This document shows positions 1 through 14,290 of a stretch of DNA of 64,000 nt, one piece after another. The translations under genes were made by a program, and so were the position numbers. The DNA comes from Octopus sinensis (taxonomy: Eukaryota). The stretch lies in assembly GCF_006345805.1 (NCBI RefSeq), contig NC_043011.1, forward strand, positions 19,666,464 through 19,730,463, read 5' to 3'. Every line of letters starts with the position of its first letter. The first letter of the stretch is position 1. A model generated the notes under the pieces. It had not been told where the DNA came from. It did not search any database and saw nothing but the letters and a program-made list of their open reading frames with translations.

Positions 1-19
1 ATGAATAATAATAATGATC

Positions 20-222
20 TTTTCTGCTGTTGGCACGAAATCTGGAATTTATGGTGACGGGTGTAGTCGATCACATTGACCCCAGTACTCAACTCATACT
101 AATATTATTTACCACGAAAGCAAAGTCGTCCTCGACGTAATTTGGACTCAGAAAGTAAAGACACACGAAATGCCGCAAAACATTTTGCCCGATATGCTAA
201 ATATTTAGCCAGCTCGCCGCCT
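20..222 (-). mobile_element. tRNA-derived SINE, family A, degenerate copy
   Basis: Reverse complement starts AGGCGGCGAGCTGGCTAAAT and aligns by eye to the copies at 7389-7620 and 63567-63794; followed by (TAA)/(TGA)n repeats. Confidence 0.7.
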
Positions 223-225
223 TTC

Positions 226-257
<32 letters not shown>

Positions 258-413
258 TAATGATGATGATGGTAATGATGATGATGATGATGATGATGAT
301 AAAGATAATAATGAGTTTTAACCCTGGAGTTTCCTCTATTAAGATCATCCTGACATTACAATTGTGAACCGAAATCATAAACGGACAGGCTCGCTCTATT
401 CGTCTTGTTAATA

Positions 414-459
<46 letters not shown>

Positions 460-810
460 TATGCAGAGAGAGAGAGAGAGAGAGACTTCAAATACATTTC
501 CATATCTGTCTTCTTATTAAATCAATATTTCTTCAAGACTAGCATTTCTAGTTACTTCATAGTCAGCAATATGCTGACCCCTACACTAATGTTGCCATTT
601 ACCGACATCTTTTATTGTTTGTGCACCGAAACAATAGATTAAATAATCTATATGTCTAAATTTTGCAAGTCTGAGCATTGCTTCTTTTTCTTCTCGGCAT
701 GTTCAATTTAGACATTTTCTGTATGCCGTGTTTATATACGAAAACATGGAGACATATTGTAGTCAGATATCTCTTATTTGATTTTCCTCATGTTTATGTT
801 TCCATAGCAC

Positions 811-845
<35 letters not shown>

Positions 846-3374
846 GATACAGTCATATTTTCTAAACATTCACAACTTCAGAAGAAATATGCTGCTTGTA
901 TGCGTTTCCTTTTAGTTTATTGATAGTAAAGCAAATTGATTATCCTGCAAAATGAATAAATTTTCCTCTCGACATTTTGGTGTCATATTTATCCTTTTAC
1001 GTTTACGTAATATTCTTACTACTTAAGTATTGACTTTTACCCGCATATATATATATATTCCTATCTGTGATATATTTATGGAATATGCATTGTGGTTTTT
1101 GTATTGTCTTTTTGAGTGTTCGTCAGAAAACTTATTGTATTATACGTATAAAACATGTGAAGCGGAATATATATGTACGTTGTGCTGAATGTAAAATCAA
1201 TTTCGCAAGCTATCTCTACTAATTATTTCTACGAACTATGGAACCTAAAATTTCAAAATGCACCCGAAATATTAATCATATTCAGTTATGTATTGATTCC
1301 GTTTGATTCATTGAGGAATAATAGCTAATTATATTTTGTTGCCATGCGCCCTTTACTAGTGCTTATAGCAACATCTATTCTAACATTTAAATTTCGTATG
1401 AATTGGCTACGTTTATGCAAGATAAAATTTGTGTCGGCACCTGGTGAAGTCCTCCGTAAATTACTAGATTATTTTACAAAGAAGAGACGCAGGTATATTG
1501 AACTTACGTCGACCGAAATTTATATAACAGAATTATGCCGAAACCACTGCCTTAATGAAATTACGACGGGAAAAGAAATCTTTCAAAATAATCTGCTGAA
1601 AACGATCGATCCATAATAATTTAGCATACCTCAGTAATTCATTGTAGGTTAAGGAATCACAATCTCATCTTCCGCATCTCAATCTCACCTGTTCACAATA
1701 TGTTTAAAGCAACAATATCGCATCCAACTGCAAAATCTCGTTATGAACACTATTATAAAATTCTTAACCTAGGATCAATGTCTTCTAAAATTTCGAAAGA
1801 GAGCTACTTGATACAGTATATCGTGATAAATTCAAGCAAAATTTCTTCAAGTTAAACATTGTTATCTCGGCTCAATTGTGAACTTAGCTCAAAACACACG
1901 CATATACACTTACATTATATATGACTTCCTACAGAATCATTAACAGACTTCGATTATCTCACATTCGTTGTGAAACAATCCTTAACGAGTAAATTTTACT
2001 TGGCTTTGCAATTCATAGATTATCTCTGACATTCTTGTATCGTTAATATTCTAGCCATATACCCAAATCTTAACTTCAGCAATCTACAAAACTGGGCCAA
2101 AGCGGGTATTTCTAAATGCCAACGAGGGAACAACGATTGAACAAGAACGAGTCTCTCTACGTTGATCGAATTGCTTCAAATAGTTGCCAAATAACCTCAA
2201 TCACATCCTAACATCGTGAAGGAAGTAAACCACAATGTCATGAATGGAGCGCCTTTCATTATGCTCCTGCGTAGTTTCTGAACAAAATAACAATAATCAC
2301 ATTGGTTAGTGTACGCATTTCGATTAATTCTCGTCCATCTGGTCTGCATTATATGCAGAAACCAAACACGTATATTTATCTACCTACCTGCTAGCAGCAG
2401 TAATCATATCTCTTTCACATTTCTATCCGAAAAGTGATAGAACAAAATAAAGCAGCCCAATACATAGAAATTAAACGGTTTTTTTTTAAATAGTGATTAT
2501 CAAAAGGGACTAACGGTAAACATCAGCAATTACAAATATACGCTGAAAACGGTGACGCAACAGTGACAGCTCACGACTTCAGCAACATTGATCAAACATA
2601 TGGGCACAAACAACACTCAGAAAACAAGGCCCACATAGGAGTAACCTAGTAATCCTTAAAAGTGGAGAGCCCTGACAGTCACAGATCAGTGATAAAACAA
2701 ATAAAACAGAGTTATCACATTTAGCACACTTCAAGTAGCTTCTCGGATAACCCGAGATTTTTCTCCAATCCCTCTATGTAATTGGAGATTGCATTCTTCA
2801 CACACACTTGTTCTCTTCACACACTGGCCGTTCAAGAATCGGATAAAGTCGTTCACTGTATCTGTTTCGCTTCTTATGTTCTCAGTTCAAATCTCGCAGT
2901 CTACTCCACCTTTCCTCCCTTTGAGGTCCATATCCAGAGTGCTTGATTGGTCAAGCTATAGGATCGTCGGATCGGGTGCCTTCTGGAATTTGTACGAAGT
3001 CCTAACTTTTTTTTTTAGTTCAAGCCGATATAGATTATTCGGGAGGTAACCAGACCGTCGCAAATTTTAACACAGCAACCTGCTATCATGGGTAATTTAC
3101 CCTTATTCCATTGTAATCTTGTATTGTAACCATTTGAGCCTCCTCTCAGTTTTGGGATTATCACTCTCCATTCTTAGCGCCCCTGTAGAGTGGAAGGGCA
3201 ACTGAATTATTAGGTTTAAAAACAATAAAATATGGTATGCTACACATGTTGTTATCACCAGTACAGAATGGATTATTATTTTATATCTGCAATAGAAATT
3301 TCTCAAACTGCAACCCGTTTCTATACAGAACTTCTGTGAGTTACATCATTCTCATCATTCATGCGTTTATATTC

Positions 3375-3454
3375 TAATACACACGCGTGCACAAACACAC
3401 ACACACACACACATAAGCACGCATAAATATACACAGACACACACAAACTCTCGA

Positions 3455-3502
<48 letters not shown>

Positions 3503-3603
3503 GTATATATGCACTCTAAATATACGCATATGTTGTGTCCATTCACACAAAAGTATGTTCAAACATATACGAAGATATATGTAAATATATATACATACAT
3601 ATA

Positions 3604-3646
<43 letters not shown>

Positions 3647-3715
3647 ATAAGCACATGCATACGTGCGTATGTGAGTTGTTGCCTGCATGTGTGCGTGCGT
3701 GTGTCTATCGACATA
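3375..3715. repeat. Compound (CA)n/(TA)n/(TG)n microsatellite
   Basis: Directly visible dinucleotide runs; explains the YI/HT-rich spurious ORFs. Confidence 0.95.
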
Positions 3716-4417
3716 CGTCATTCAATGTGGTGTATGATATTATGATATCTCATTGCAATTCGTTTAACATTTCGATATTGAAGTTTTTATTATCATCTAC
3801 AAATTATCTTGCCACTCATCCTTATCACAAAGTAGCATGATGTAAGGAATATATCCATATTCTCATTCTAGGTTTACTACAGAATATAGTAATCTATCAA
3901 TTTATTGTGTAGTACGTCTTTTAGCGGCTACTGGACCGATCCCCGCAGACTTAGTTACTTAAGAATTTTTGACAGTTTTATTACATTCCCTTACAAATAA
4001 ATTTTCTCATTTTCTCATTTTTCACAACACACTATTTATTAATAGCTAATCCATGCTTTTGTAGATAACTTATACAAGGATCCCTTATCCGTATTTCCTT
4101 ACTAGCCTTTTCTGTTTACAGGCCTGCTTATATCTTCTGTTCTTTAGATTTTACTGGCTTTGTATATTTCTGTTATATTTCGCTGTTCAACCGCAGTTCG
4201 TCCTGATGAGATCCTTACATTATAGCCACTCCTCGTTTTAAATTTGTGTTCCATTATCTGGGTTTCAATGTCTAAAGTGGCCTTCCTAATTTTCTAAGAC
4301 AATATGATGAATTCTGCAGGAATGTGGTAATTTCCACCAGGAAGAACGCCGACGTTCTAGTTGGCTCATAATGCCTATTAGTAAGCTGTAATTGTTCGTG
4401 TTTAAAAGAGAGAGAAC

Positions 4418-4419
<2 letters not shown>

Positions 4420-4448
<29 letters not shown>

Positions 4449-4480
4449 GGATAGATAGATAGATAGATAGATAGATGAAT
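4420..4480 (+). repeat. (GATA)n tetranucleotide microsatellite
   Basis: Direct GATAGATA run. Confidence 0.95.
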
Positions 4481-6059
4481 GATAGATGCATATAGATATA
4501 TAACTATATGGCTATATATGTGTATGTATATAAGTATGTATGCACGAACGTTTGTATGTGTGAGTGTATGTATGTATGCGTGGTTTTGTGTAATGAAAGC
4601 GAGTAGATTAATGGTTGGGGTATTTAGCTCAATACCGTGAGGTCATTAGTAAAATTCCCGGCGATTTTATTTCAATTTGCTCCAGTTCGCTGGACTGGCA
4701 AAAATTAGTGGTACCCGTATTCACAGGGCCAGCTTTGTTACACTGTGTCACGCTGGATCTCTCTAGAAACTAGGCTAAGGATACACGTGTCTGTGGTGAG
4801 CACAGCACATGCATGTTAGTTTCGTGAGCAGGCTGTTACGTTATTGAGATCAGCTGGAACCCTTGTGCCAGTGTATATATGCATGTATATATGTATAGAT
4901 AGACAGAAAGAGAGAGAGAGAGAGGGTGGGGAGAGTGATGTAGAAAAGTAGATGCTTTTGCGTATGCTTTTCCTATCTTTAACTGTAATTTCAATCTGAT
5001 CTGACTCCCTGCTTGGTGGCATCATTTAAATCTTAAGAAAATGTTGCAAACTTTCATTTTCCAGATATCTTGATCTCTAAAATGTTCACCCATACTATGC
5101 TTCAGGCGATTTGGTACATATCTTATTACTCCAGTAATAATAGGTATGTTACTGCGAGTGTATCTTATAACGCAAAATTTGAAGTAATGGAAAGAATTTA
5201 GTAATCTACATCACTATGATAACTAATGAAGTTGAGGAAAGGCATGGAATATGTTCTCTGCCGAAGTACCAGAGGGCGTTTCTACCAAATGCAAGAACAT
5301 AAGAAAAACGGCCCGCTTCACTCTAGTGCATGTGTACTTAACACAGAAGAATAAAAAAACAGGAGGGAATGAATTACTTCAAAATGTTCCCATGTAGCAC
5401 CAACTTGATTTTGACATCTCATTTTCACCTTACAACTCCAAAGCAAGTGATGACTATTACGTACTTACTGCATGAAATGCAGAAAATACTGACAGACATC
5501 AAACGTCTGCTATACAAAATTTCAAAGGTAGTGCATTCTTTGCACCGCGATTGAATACAAAACTACTAATCTATAATAGTGTCTCATTTCGTTTACATAA
5601 TGTACTGTAGAACTTAACCAACTGGATTTTAACCAACAAGAAATTGCACCGATTCTAAAGATTTTCTCTTTACAATAACTGTGCAGACATTAGAAAGCTA
5701 TGTGCCACCTTTCATTATCCATAAACATGTTGCATATAAAATCTTTGACATTGAAAGTTAAAGCAAATTCGATAAATCAATTAGCACAATTCTAGGTGAC
5801 GAGATCGAACACTGAATTATCTATCAATAATTTAACGTCAAAGCAAATAGATCTTCGTTTTCGACGTCAGTGGTTACAAATCTGTTATAGTTACCTGTAA
5901 GTCATTGGTGTTTGCTTTTGTTCACGAATAAACGTATAACACATATCGAAATTTTGTATTGTATTCAGTAGCTATTCAATATATTGAAGGCGATAATTTT
6001 TACACCATTGTAGTAAAAGGTCAAATAACTAAGTATTATTGGAATTATACTCCACCTCA

Positions 6060-6103
6060 CTTTCTCTCTCTTTCTCTTTATATATACTTACACACACACA
6101 CAC

Positions 6104-6145
<42 letters not shown>

Positions 6146-6167
6146 ATATATATATAATATATATATA

Positions 6168-6201
<34 letters not shown>

Positions 6202-6469
6202 TATATGTTTTGGAGTCCCGCAATACCATGTACGCCTATGAGGATTTACTTCCCAATGAAACTCGGTTTTTTCTCAAACTCTTTCTCAAACCTGTTATAA
6301 TGTGATACATGTCTTTGGTGTGGTAATTGTACGCGGCTGAAGAAGGCTTTTGATCTATCTGTTGTATCAACTATGCATTGATATAATAATTAGTTGTTCA
6401 ATAAAGCCCGAAACATATGTACCGCAAAATCATTTGCGTCCTGTTTTTCTTTTGATACATACCTATATA

Positions 6470-6517
<48 letters not shown>

Positions 6518-6700
6518 GTACAAGGTAGGTTCCTGTAAAGGGGATGCGAGATTAATTTGCATGCAGCTGAATCGAACACACGCACAGACACATATATATA
6601 TATACATGTGTGTATATATATACATATACATACACACACACACACAAACATACACGTATATATACGTATAGATATGCGCAAAGAACCTCCAACACCCACG
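6060..6700. repeat. Two compound (CA)/(TA)n microsatellite blocks
   Basis: Runs at about 6060-6200 and 6460-6700. Confidence 0.9.
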
Positions 6701-6874
6701 CACACATACCACTTGAATGCCGCATGACCGAAAACTTTTCATCATGATAAAATTTCGCAAAACCCTGATGTGATGTTTAAGAATCATGTGCACTATGGTT
6801 GTTGCATCATTCTGGTTACTATATTGCTTCACACGGTACTTGATATCCCCAAATAATTCATATACTTCATTCAA
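6700..6874 (-). mobile_element. Possible pogo/Tigger-like transposase fragment
   Basis: Minus frame reads ...RNFIMMKSFRSCGIQ, resembling the I.KSF..CGI motif after the DDE_1 domain; short and isolated. Confidence 0.3.
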
Positions 6875-7388
6875 AAGTAACTTTGATTAATTATACATTC
6901 TGAGAGTGATAGTTCCGATATAATCTCTGTAAGATATGAGTATGTTTTTAATATATTTTGTTATAATTGACTTCTGCTAGTTTTTAAAGTTGTATTTTCT
7001 AAACAAAAGTGCGTATACTCAAAATACTCATTAAAAGATAATGAATCAGAGCAATTGTCTTTTTTCTTTTTCTTTCTAACAAACCTATTTCATATATATA
7101 GAATGTACTAAGTCACTCGTTAAATTTATCAATATGTCTGAAATAAACTTGAAATTTTGATTAAAATATGATAGGAATCAGTAATTGATAAATGTCATAA
7201 TTATACGATTTAATTTAATAGTAAATACTATATTAAGGTAGCGACTTGATTGACTTGTTAGTACGCCGGGCAACACTTTTAGCTGCATTTCGTCTGTTTT
7301 ACGTAATACAATGAAGTCGCCGAGGTCGACTTTGCTTTTTACCCTTTCGTGGGCGGTTAAATATGTACAACTCCAGCGTTGAGGGTCG

Positions 7389-7620
7389 CCTATTTCTTTA
7401 CTACCCACAAGGGGCTAAACACAGAGAGAACAAACAAGGACAGACAAACGGATTAAGTCGATCATATCGGCCCCAGTGCGTAACTGGTACTTAATTTATC
7501 GACCCCGAAATGATGAAAGGCAAAGTCGACCTCGGCGGAATTTGAACTCAGAATGTAGCGGCAGACGAAATACCACGAAGCATTTCGCTTGGCGTGCTAA
7601 CGTTTCTGCCTGATCGCCGC
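7389..7620 (-). mobile_element. tRNA-derived SINE, family A, near full length
   Basis: Minus strand GCGGCGATCAGGCAGAAACGTTAGCACGCC...GAGTTCAAATTCC (A/B-box-like)...GTGGGTAGTAAAGAAATAGG; highly similar to 63567-63794. A plus-strand fragment lies at about 7255-7352 and decayed plus copies at about 7690-8010. Confidence 0.85.
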
Positions 7621-8623
7621 TGTAAACGACATACCCTTCCCCTGAACTTGCTGGCCTTGTGCCAAAATAGGCAAATAGTTGCTTGAATCATTTGCGCAAC
7701 GGACAGAATGATTAGCTGCATTTCGGTAGGCTTTTCGCTCTGAATTTAAATTACTACTAGGTTGATATGCCTTCCATCATTTCGGGGTCAATAAATTAAT
7801 TATCAGCCCAGCACTGGGATCAATGTAATAGGCATACCCCCTCCCCGCAATTGCTCAACCATGTGCCAAAATTTGAAGCCTTTTCCTTAGTCTTTTCGTT
7901 CTTAGTTCAAATTCCGAGGCAGTCGATAAATGAAGTACCAGTTGAACACTGGGACTGATGTAACCAAATTACTCCTCCCTCAAATCGCAGCACTTGTGCC
8001 AAAATTTGAAGCCAGTGTTAAATACTGCGAAAGGATGTGTCGAAATGCTTACTGAAAATGACAAGAAACTGGTTTTAAATTTCTCAAATTTCAAAATATT
8101 CCCGGGGGGAAGGGATGATTTCTTAGCAGTCCTGGATTAGTGCATCGATGCATCAAATTTAATGCATAGTTAAAACATTTTGATAATCTTTACAGGTTAA
8201 ACCAAACAGCATTTTAGAAACCGAAAAGTTGTGTGAATAAAATTATGTTTTTCCTAGTGGGTATTCTGGATTAAATAGATTTTATAGGGCATTTGGAAAT
8301 TAGAAGATACTTATTTTTACCATTGCCGTGTTAGCATTATAAAAAAGGAAAAAATGATAACAGCAAATAGTAAAAGAAAATAAATAAAATGTATTACAAT
8401 ATAAGACTTAGAGAATTGAGTAAAAAGAGTTATTAATGTAGTGCGTATGTGTGTTGGTTTATATATATGTGTGTGTATGTATGCATGTATGTATACTGTA
8501 AAATATGAATTGACAGGAATACGCAAAATTCAAATATCTCCAGTTGGTGTGAAAATTAGAATAGTATTTGTGTATGTAAATATACATACAGACGTGTGAG
8601 TGTTGTGCGCGTCTCTGTACAAA

Positions 8624-8666
<43 letters not shown>

Positions 8667-8670
<4 letters not shown>

Positions 8671-9052
8671 TAGCAGTATTGCCCGGCGTTGCTCAGGTTT
8701 GTAAGGGAAATAACTATAAAGCATTTTTAGAGAGTTATAGCCACAAAATAGCAAAAAAATGGAAAAAAATGATGGTAAATTTTTTTGAGAGTAAAAAAAG
8801 GTGGAGTTGCTTCCCCTAGACAGTTTGCGGTTTGTGTTTCTGATTCTCCACCCCATGTCGAATTTATCGATTTTTTTCAGAACTGGGTGAACTTTTCAAA
8901 ATTTTCGCTGCGTTAGTTTTGAATTATGACATTGGGCTATGTGTGTGTCAAGTTTCATCAGAATCGGTTGAAAGCCGTGGTCAGGGTGAGGGTACAAGCA
9001 AACAGACACACAGAAACACGCACAGACAAACTGCCGTTTATATAAAGAGAGA
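8667..9052 (+). mobile_element. Non-autonomous Helitron/Helentron-like (HINE-type) element
   Basis: Starts TACTAGCAGTATTGCCCGGCGTTGCTCAGG (subterminal hairpin-like) next to (TA)n and ends CAGACAAACTGCCGTTTATATAAAGAG, the end architecture of HINE/DINE-like elements. Confidence 0.45.
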
Positions 9053-9054
9053 TA

Positions 9055-11270
9055 TGTGCACCATGAACTCAAATGAATTAGTCAAAGAGCAATTCTACTC
9101 TGAGCTACGTAGCCAGTTGATTTCAATGGTAATTTCAATGCAAGTGTAGGCTGTGGTACATCCATATGGGGTGACGAAAGAGGGAGGCATGTGGTTAGCA
9201 ACGCAAGCTCAAACAGCCGTCTGCTGCTATCGATTCGCAGTGCGTATGGGCTTTTGATTACCAATATTATTTTCCAACTCCCCAACCACCACAAAACTAC
9301 CTGAAAACATCCCTAATCAAACCATTGTCACTTCATTGATTACATAAATGTGATGTCTTTCATGCGTAATACGTTCTTTCTCCATTGGGGCGTTCTCGTC
9401 GAGCCATAGACTGATACGACCAAAGGTAAATTCTCATATCCGCAGTCCTATTCGAAAAATGGTTATGGCAAAAATGAGGAACAATGACAATTTAAGTTCA
9501 TTTGAAACAACTTGTGACAAAACTTACTAGCATTTCAGACACAATAGATAGTGACTCAGCATCGTCTGCTTTTAAAAATGCTCTATATGAGTGAGCTTGT
9601 GAAGCACTTGGGTATGTTAAGAGGAAGCACTTGGGTATGTTAAGAGGAAGCACCAGGATTGGTTTGACTTAAATGATCCAAACATTTATTCCCTGTTGGA
9701 CAATATGCAGAAGCGTCACTGTCAATGCATGTCAAACAGAAATAATGCTACAAAACACAATGAGTTTTTAAAAGCCGGAAATACATGGGAATCTCAACTG
9801 ATGCAAATGAAACAGATATGGTGGCAAAGGAAGGCCCAAGAATTGTAAGATGCTGCGGACAGATGTGACTCCAGGTCATACTACCAGAATTTAACGGGTG
9901 CTTTGGGATCTGTGTCTGGTCGCTCAACTCCGATACATTCAACATAGGGCAATCTTGTAACAAATGAAAAAAAGAGATCATGAAGCGTTGGGTAGAGCAC
10001 TTTTCAAATTTTCTGAATATTAACTCAATTACTGGTGAAGAACTGTTTATGAACCTACCAGAAAGGCCTGTCCTTGAAGAACTGTCAGTCGCTCCATCAA
10101 ATGCTGAAATTAAAAGGCCATAAAACTGCTCACGAAATGAAAGCCGTCTGGAAAAGATGGCATTCTAGCCGAGATATGTAAATATGGTAGCAGACTCCTG
10201 CTGAACAAATATATGAACTCTTCTCCTTAATCTGTGAATCAGGATCAGTCCCACGGGTGTTGAAAGCCGCTTCAATATTCCATCGTTATAACCACAAAGG
10301 TAACAAATGTGAATGTGATATCCATAGAAGTGTTTCCATTTGGTGCGTTGCTGGCAAAATCCTTGGAATTGTTATCTTAAATTGACTAAATGATGCTCTT
10401 GCCATCTTAGTGTTGTCTTAATCTAAGTGTGGATTTGAAGCTGGTAGAGGCACAGTAGATATGACCTTTAACCTACGGCCGTTGCAGGAAACGACTTGCG
10501 AGCACAACCGAGACCTTTTTGTCAATTTTGTAGATCAAACTAAAGCTGTCGACACCGTATTTAGGGATGCTCTTTGAGTTCTCCTTAGAAAGCTAGGTGT
10601 TCTAGAAAAGATGCCCAATGTCATATCTTTCTATCAAGGGATGATGGCTTCTGTTAGATCCAACGGGGAAGTGTTCAGTTCATTCACAGTCTCAAATGGG
10701 ACAAAACAAGACTGTGTTTTTGAACCACTCTTATCTGCTTTGGATTTCTCCATCATGTTGGAAACTGCGTTCAGTGGTTTTAATGAAGGAGTAAAGTACG
10801 AATACATATCTGGTGGTAGCTCGTAAAACCATCAGCGCTACAAAGTAAAAACTAAGACTTTGATGCTAATAGTTCGGGATTTGTTCCTCAAAGACGATTG
10901 TGCAGTCGTAGCACACATTCTTGAGGACTTGCAGTGGATTCTAAACAATTTATCGCGTGCATTAAAGATCTGAGCATCAGCATCAAGAAAACTCAGCTTG
11001 TTCATCTTCCCATTCGTAACCATCTCCCCGCTATTGCCTACAAGTTCTACTGGACCAGCCATTTTGCAAAGTGCACAGATAGCAGGTAGACGTGGGCAGT
11101 TTCCGAGCTGTACCCAACAAATAAAAAAAGGCCGCTCAGTAGGCTTCCATCACGATGGAAAACAATTTAATAAAGCAATTTGACGCAAGACAAATATTTG
11201 GTGCAATGGAAAATTGGAAGCGCAGTGTGACCAGCGGTATACAGCCACCTCTGGTAGTGCAATCTAGACA
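9055..11270 (+). mobile_element. Decayed RTE-clade LINE (APE + RT, many stops/frameshifts)
   Basis: Broken frames give APE motifs (KEQFYSEL; ITN..FQLP..HKTT..HP; IDYI) and RT motifs (WVEHF; GKDGI.AE; CGF.AGRGTVDM.F.LR.LQE; FVD.TKA.DTV; G.KQ.CV..PLL; DDCAVVAH) typical of RTE/BovB. Confidence 0.85.
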
Positions 11271-11659
11271 GGGTTATAGTGATGATTAGGATGATCACAC
11301 ACACACACACACACACAACACACACATACACACTCAAACACACACGCACATACAAATATATGTATATATATATACATACAGAGAGACAGAGGTGAGGAGA
11401 AAGGGGGTTGGTGCCAGCGCTTTAAAAACAATACAAAAAGTTGAGAGAATTCATTAAGTAAAAAGAATCACCTAATTTCAGACTAGACTCTGTAGATGAT
11501 TAATTAGACAGAGATACGTAATGTCTGTGACGCAAAAGATTTGCTGAAAACGACTTGTGAAGCTGTTCAACTGTTTATCAAATTGTTTGACAAGCCGTTA
11601 TCAGCTAAATTTCGTAATCACGCTCGCTATGTTTTTCGGTTCATACGAATACAGCATCT

Positions 11660-11712
11660 ACTACTATTACTACTCCTACAACTACTACTACTAATACTAC
11701 TACTACAACTAC

Positions 11713-11752
<40 letters not shown>

Positions 11753-11929
11753 GTGGATACTTATCTTGCTGCAATTACTACTACAACTATACTATTATTG
11801 CTGCTGCTACTACTACCACTATTACTACTGCAACTAATACTAACACTAGTAATATCACTACTACTACTACTACTGCTGCTACTACTACTGCTACTACTAC
11901 TACTACTACTAATAATAATAATAATAATA

Positions 11930-11986
<57 letters not shown>

Positions 11987-12050
11987 ATGATGATGATGAT
12001 GATGATAATAACAGCAACGGCAACAACAACAACAGCAAGAGGAATTATAA
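11660..12050. repeat. Compound trinucleotide array (CTA)/(TAA)/(TTA)/(TGA)/(ACA)n
   Basis: Direct; source of the poly-L/poly-I/poly-S ORFs. Confidence 0.95.
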
Positions 12051-12139
12051 TAATCCTTTCTGGAATAGGCACGAACACTAAAATTTTGGGCGGGAAGGGG
12101 GGCTTTTTAACTGCTTAGTAGATAAACGGACGCCAGTCC

Positions 12140-12960
12140 TGAACTAGTACTTATATAGGATGTTTTTTTCAGGCGGATCAACAATGCGACTCTGAATTCC
12201 AATATCCTTCAGTATTTCAGGTAGCATTTTATGGGGTGCGCCGAGGGCACCAATTGACTCAAGAATAAGTGTTGTCTTATTCTTGCACTCTGCTTTCAAC
12301 CATCTAATTTCTTTGATAATTTCTTTGACTAATTTCTTTCTTATCATAAATCATTGCAAAACTTATGACCCTACGTTGTTTATTTTGCATCTTATACTCA
12401 TAACTCACCTCCTTGCTTCTATGGTCTGTATTCATGAGGAAGTTCCATAGTTCTTGTAATTCTCATTTTATATCAAAGCCTTTGGTTTCTGTTATTGTGA
12501 ATGTATATCCCAATGTACATTTGTTTTACCTACAAAGTGATACCTCAGTTTATTCTCTTTTTTGTGCTAATATAATTCCCTCACTCAAGAGATATTGATA
12601 TTTTCCTTTCTTTCATGCAAATTCTCAATTTATTTCATGATGAGTTTCATCCATCAAATTTGTTGCTAAGCGGTAATAATTCTCGTTTCGGTTTCTTCTT
12701 TTAGGTGCCCATCTGTCATTCAGAGCTAGCGTGCTTCAATTCCAATATTCTCAGTTCGCAGCATAACTTGGTTATTTTATACTGATATGAGCAGTAGCAA
12801 AACGTCTGCCTTTAGATTATGATGTGTTAACAGTAGGGTTAATAATCCAATAATCAGTTGACCTAAATCTTGGTATCTAGAGAGGCATGTTCATGCAATC
12901 CAAGAGCGCAGTAGGGTGTTTTGTTTTGTCTAGATGCCGAACTCCAGCCTCACAGAAGTT
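12140..12960 (-). mobile_element. Decayed REL-endonuclease non-LTR retrotransposon 3' part (R4/Dong-like)
   Basis: Minus frames: HLKEETETRII (LK.ETE..I.AAQDQ motif), ENE...IQT.IEAR, and TTLILESIGALGAPHKMLPEILKDIGI (P.VIGALG..K.L..L..LGI motif). Confidence 0.55.
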
Positions 12961-13512
12961 TCTTGATTAATCTTAGTTTTTCAGTTTTGGTCGGAGTTCA
13001 AAAATAAACAAACAATTTCTACTGTCTTTTGTCACCTGCTGCAGGGGAGAGCAGGGGAGAGCTCTAGTGCATTAGTATATCGTCTATATGTGCGTGGGTT
13101 TTGGGAACCAGTGTCGCAGTCATGATGACGTCATATCTGCTGTTGGTGACTTTTTTTAACCAAGAAGATGAAAGTTTCTTCACCAAGGCAATCTAAGCAA
13201 TGCACTACCGATCGTAGAAGTGTGTGGGTCGCAAGAGGATGTATTAAAATATGTTTTAAAATAAACTTCCTTTCATGAGATTATTTTCATCAGCCTATGA
13301 ACTTTTCATCTGACCCACATATATTGTTATTTCGTGTAATATACGCAGTCTTTTTCAATTAATCAGAAGATGATCTGTGGTTATAATCAAATTCTATACA
13401 ACCTTACGGTTTTCATTTAGAGAATTTTAAATATACGTCTTCAGATAAAATCTTACACTAACTCGAGAAATAAAGAGAAACATACAGTAGTCACGCATCC
13501 AACGCGCGGGCA

Positions 13513-13553
<41 letters not shown>

Positions 13554-13875
13554 ACATACACGTACACGCACGCACAGACGGGAATAAGCGATGGAGAAAA
13601 TGGCGGAAGACAGATATACAGGAAAATATTGAGATGTATAAGTGCTTTTTAAAAAGAATTTGAGTACGTTTTACTCCCGACATGCCATTATAAAAATCGA
13701 AGAAGTACTAGATGTGAATTAACTTTGCCGTATTAAGTAAAAAAGAAACTGATTAAAATATCCCTCGTGATTTTCATTTGAAACGCTTTCTTTCAACCCA
13801 TCCCGATATAATTACTCACATATATACACATATAGATCTACACACACAAACACATATATACATTATATATATAAT

Positions 13876-14290
13876 AGGCGCAGGAGTGGCTCTGTGGTAA
13901 GTAGCTTGTTTACCAACCACATGGTTCCGGGTTCAGTCCCACTGCATGGCACCTTGGGCAAGTGTCTTCTACTATATCCTCGGGCCGACCAAAGCCTTGT
14001 GAGTGGATTTGGTAGACGGAAACTGAAAGAAGCCCGTCGTATATATGTATATATATATATGCGTGTGTGTGTTTGTGTGAGTGTGTTTGTCCCCCTAGCA
14101 TTGCTTGACAATCAATGCTGGTATGTTTACGTCCCCGTTACTTAGCGGTTCGGCAAAAAAGACCGATAGAATAAGTACTGGGCTTACAAAAGAATAAGTC
14201 CCGGGGTCGATTTGCTCGACTAAAGGCGGTGCTCCAGCATGGCCGCAGTCAAATGACTGAAACAAGTAAAAGAGTAAAAGAGTAAAAGAG
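13876..14290 (+). mobile_element. tRNA-derived SINE, family B, full length with internal (TA)/(TG)n
   Basis: AGGCGCAGGAGTGGCTCTGTGGTAAG...GGTTCAGTCCC head, (GTAAAAGA)n tail. Same family at about 16130-16345 (3' part) and 20093-20470. Confidence 0.85.

Noticed and set aside
2205-2282. HPNIVK kinase-like hexapeptide
   Set aside because: It sits in a short frame ending in a stop, with no other kinase motifs or splice support.
4165-4215. CTGATGAG and a nearby stem-GAAA arrangement
   Set aside because: The elements lie on incompatible strands or order; no hammerhead fold.
9601-9653. 23-bp direct tandem duplication
   Set aside because: A local slippage event inside the decayed RTE; no functional implication.
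11541-12118. Poly-Leu/Ile/Ser ORFs resembling membrane proteins
   Set aside because: They are trinucleotide repeat translations.
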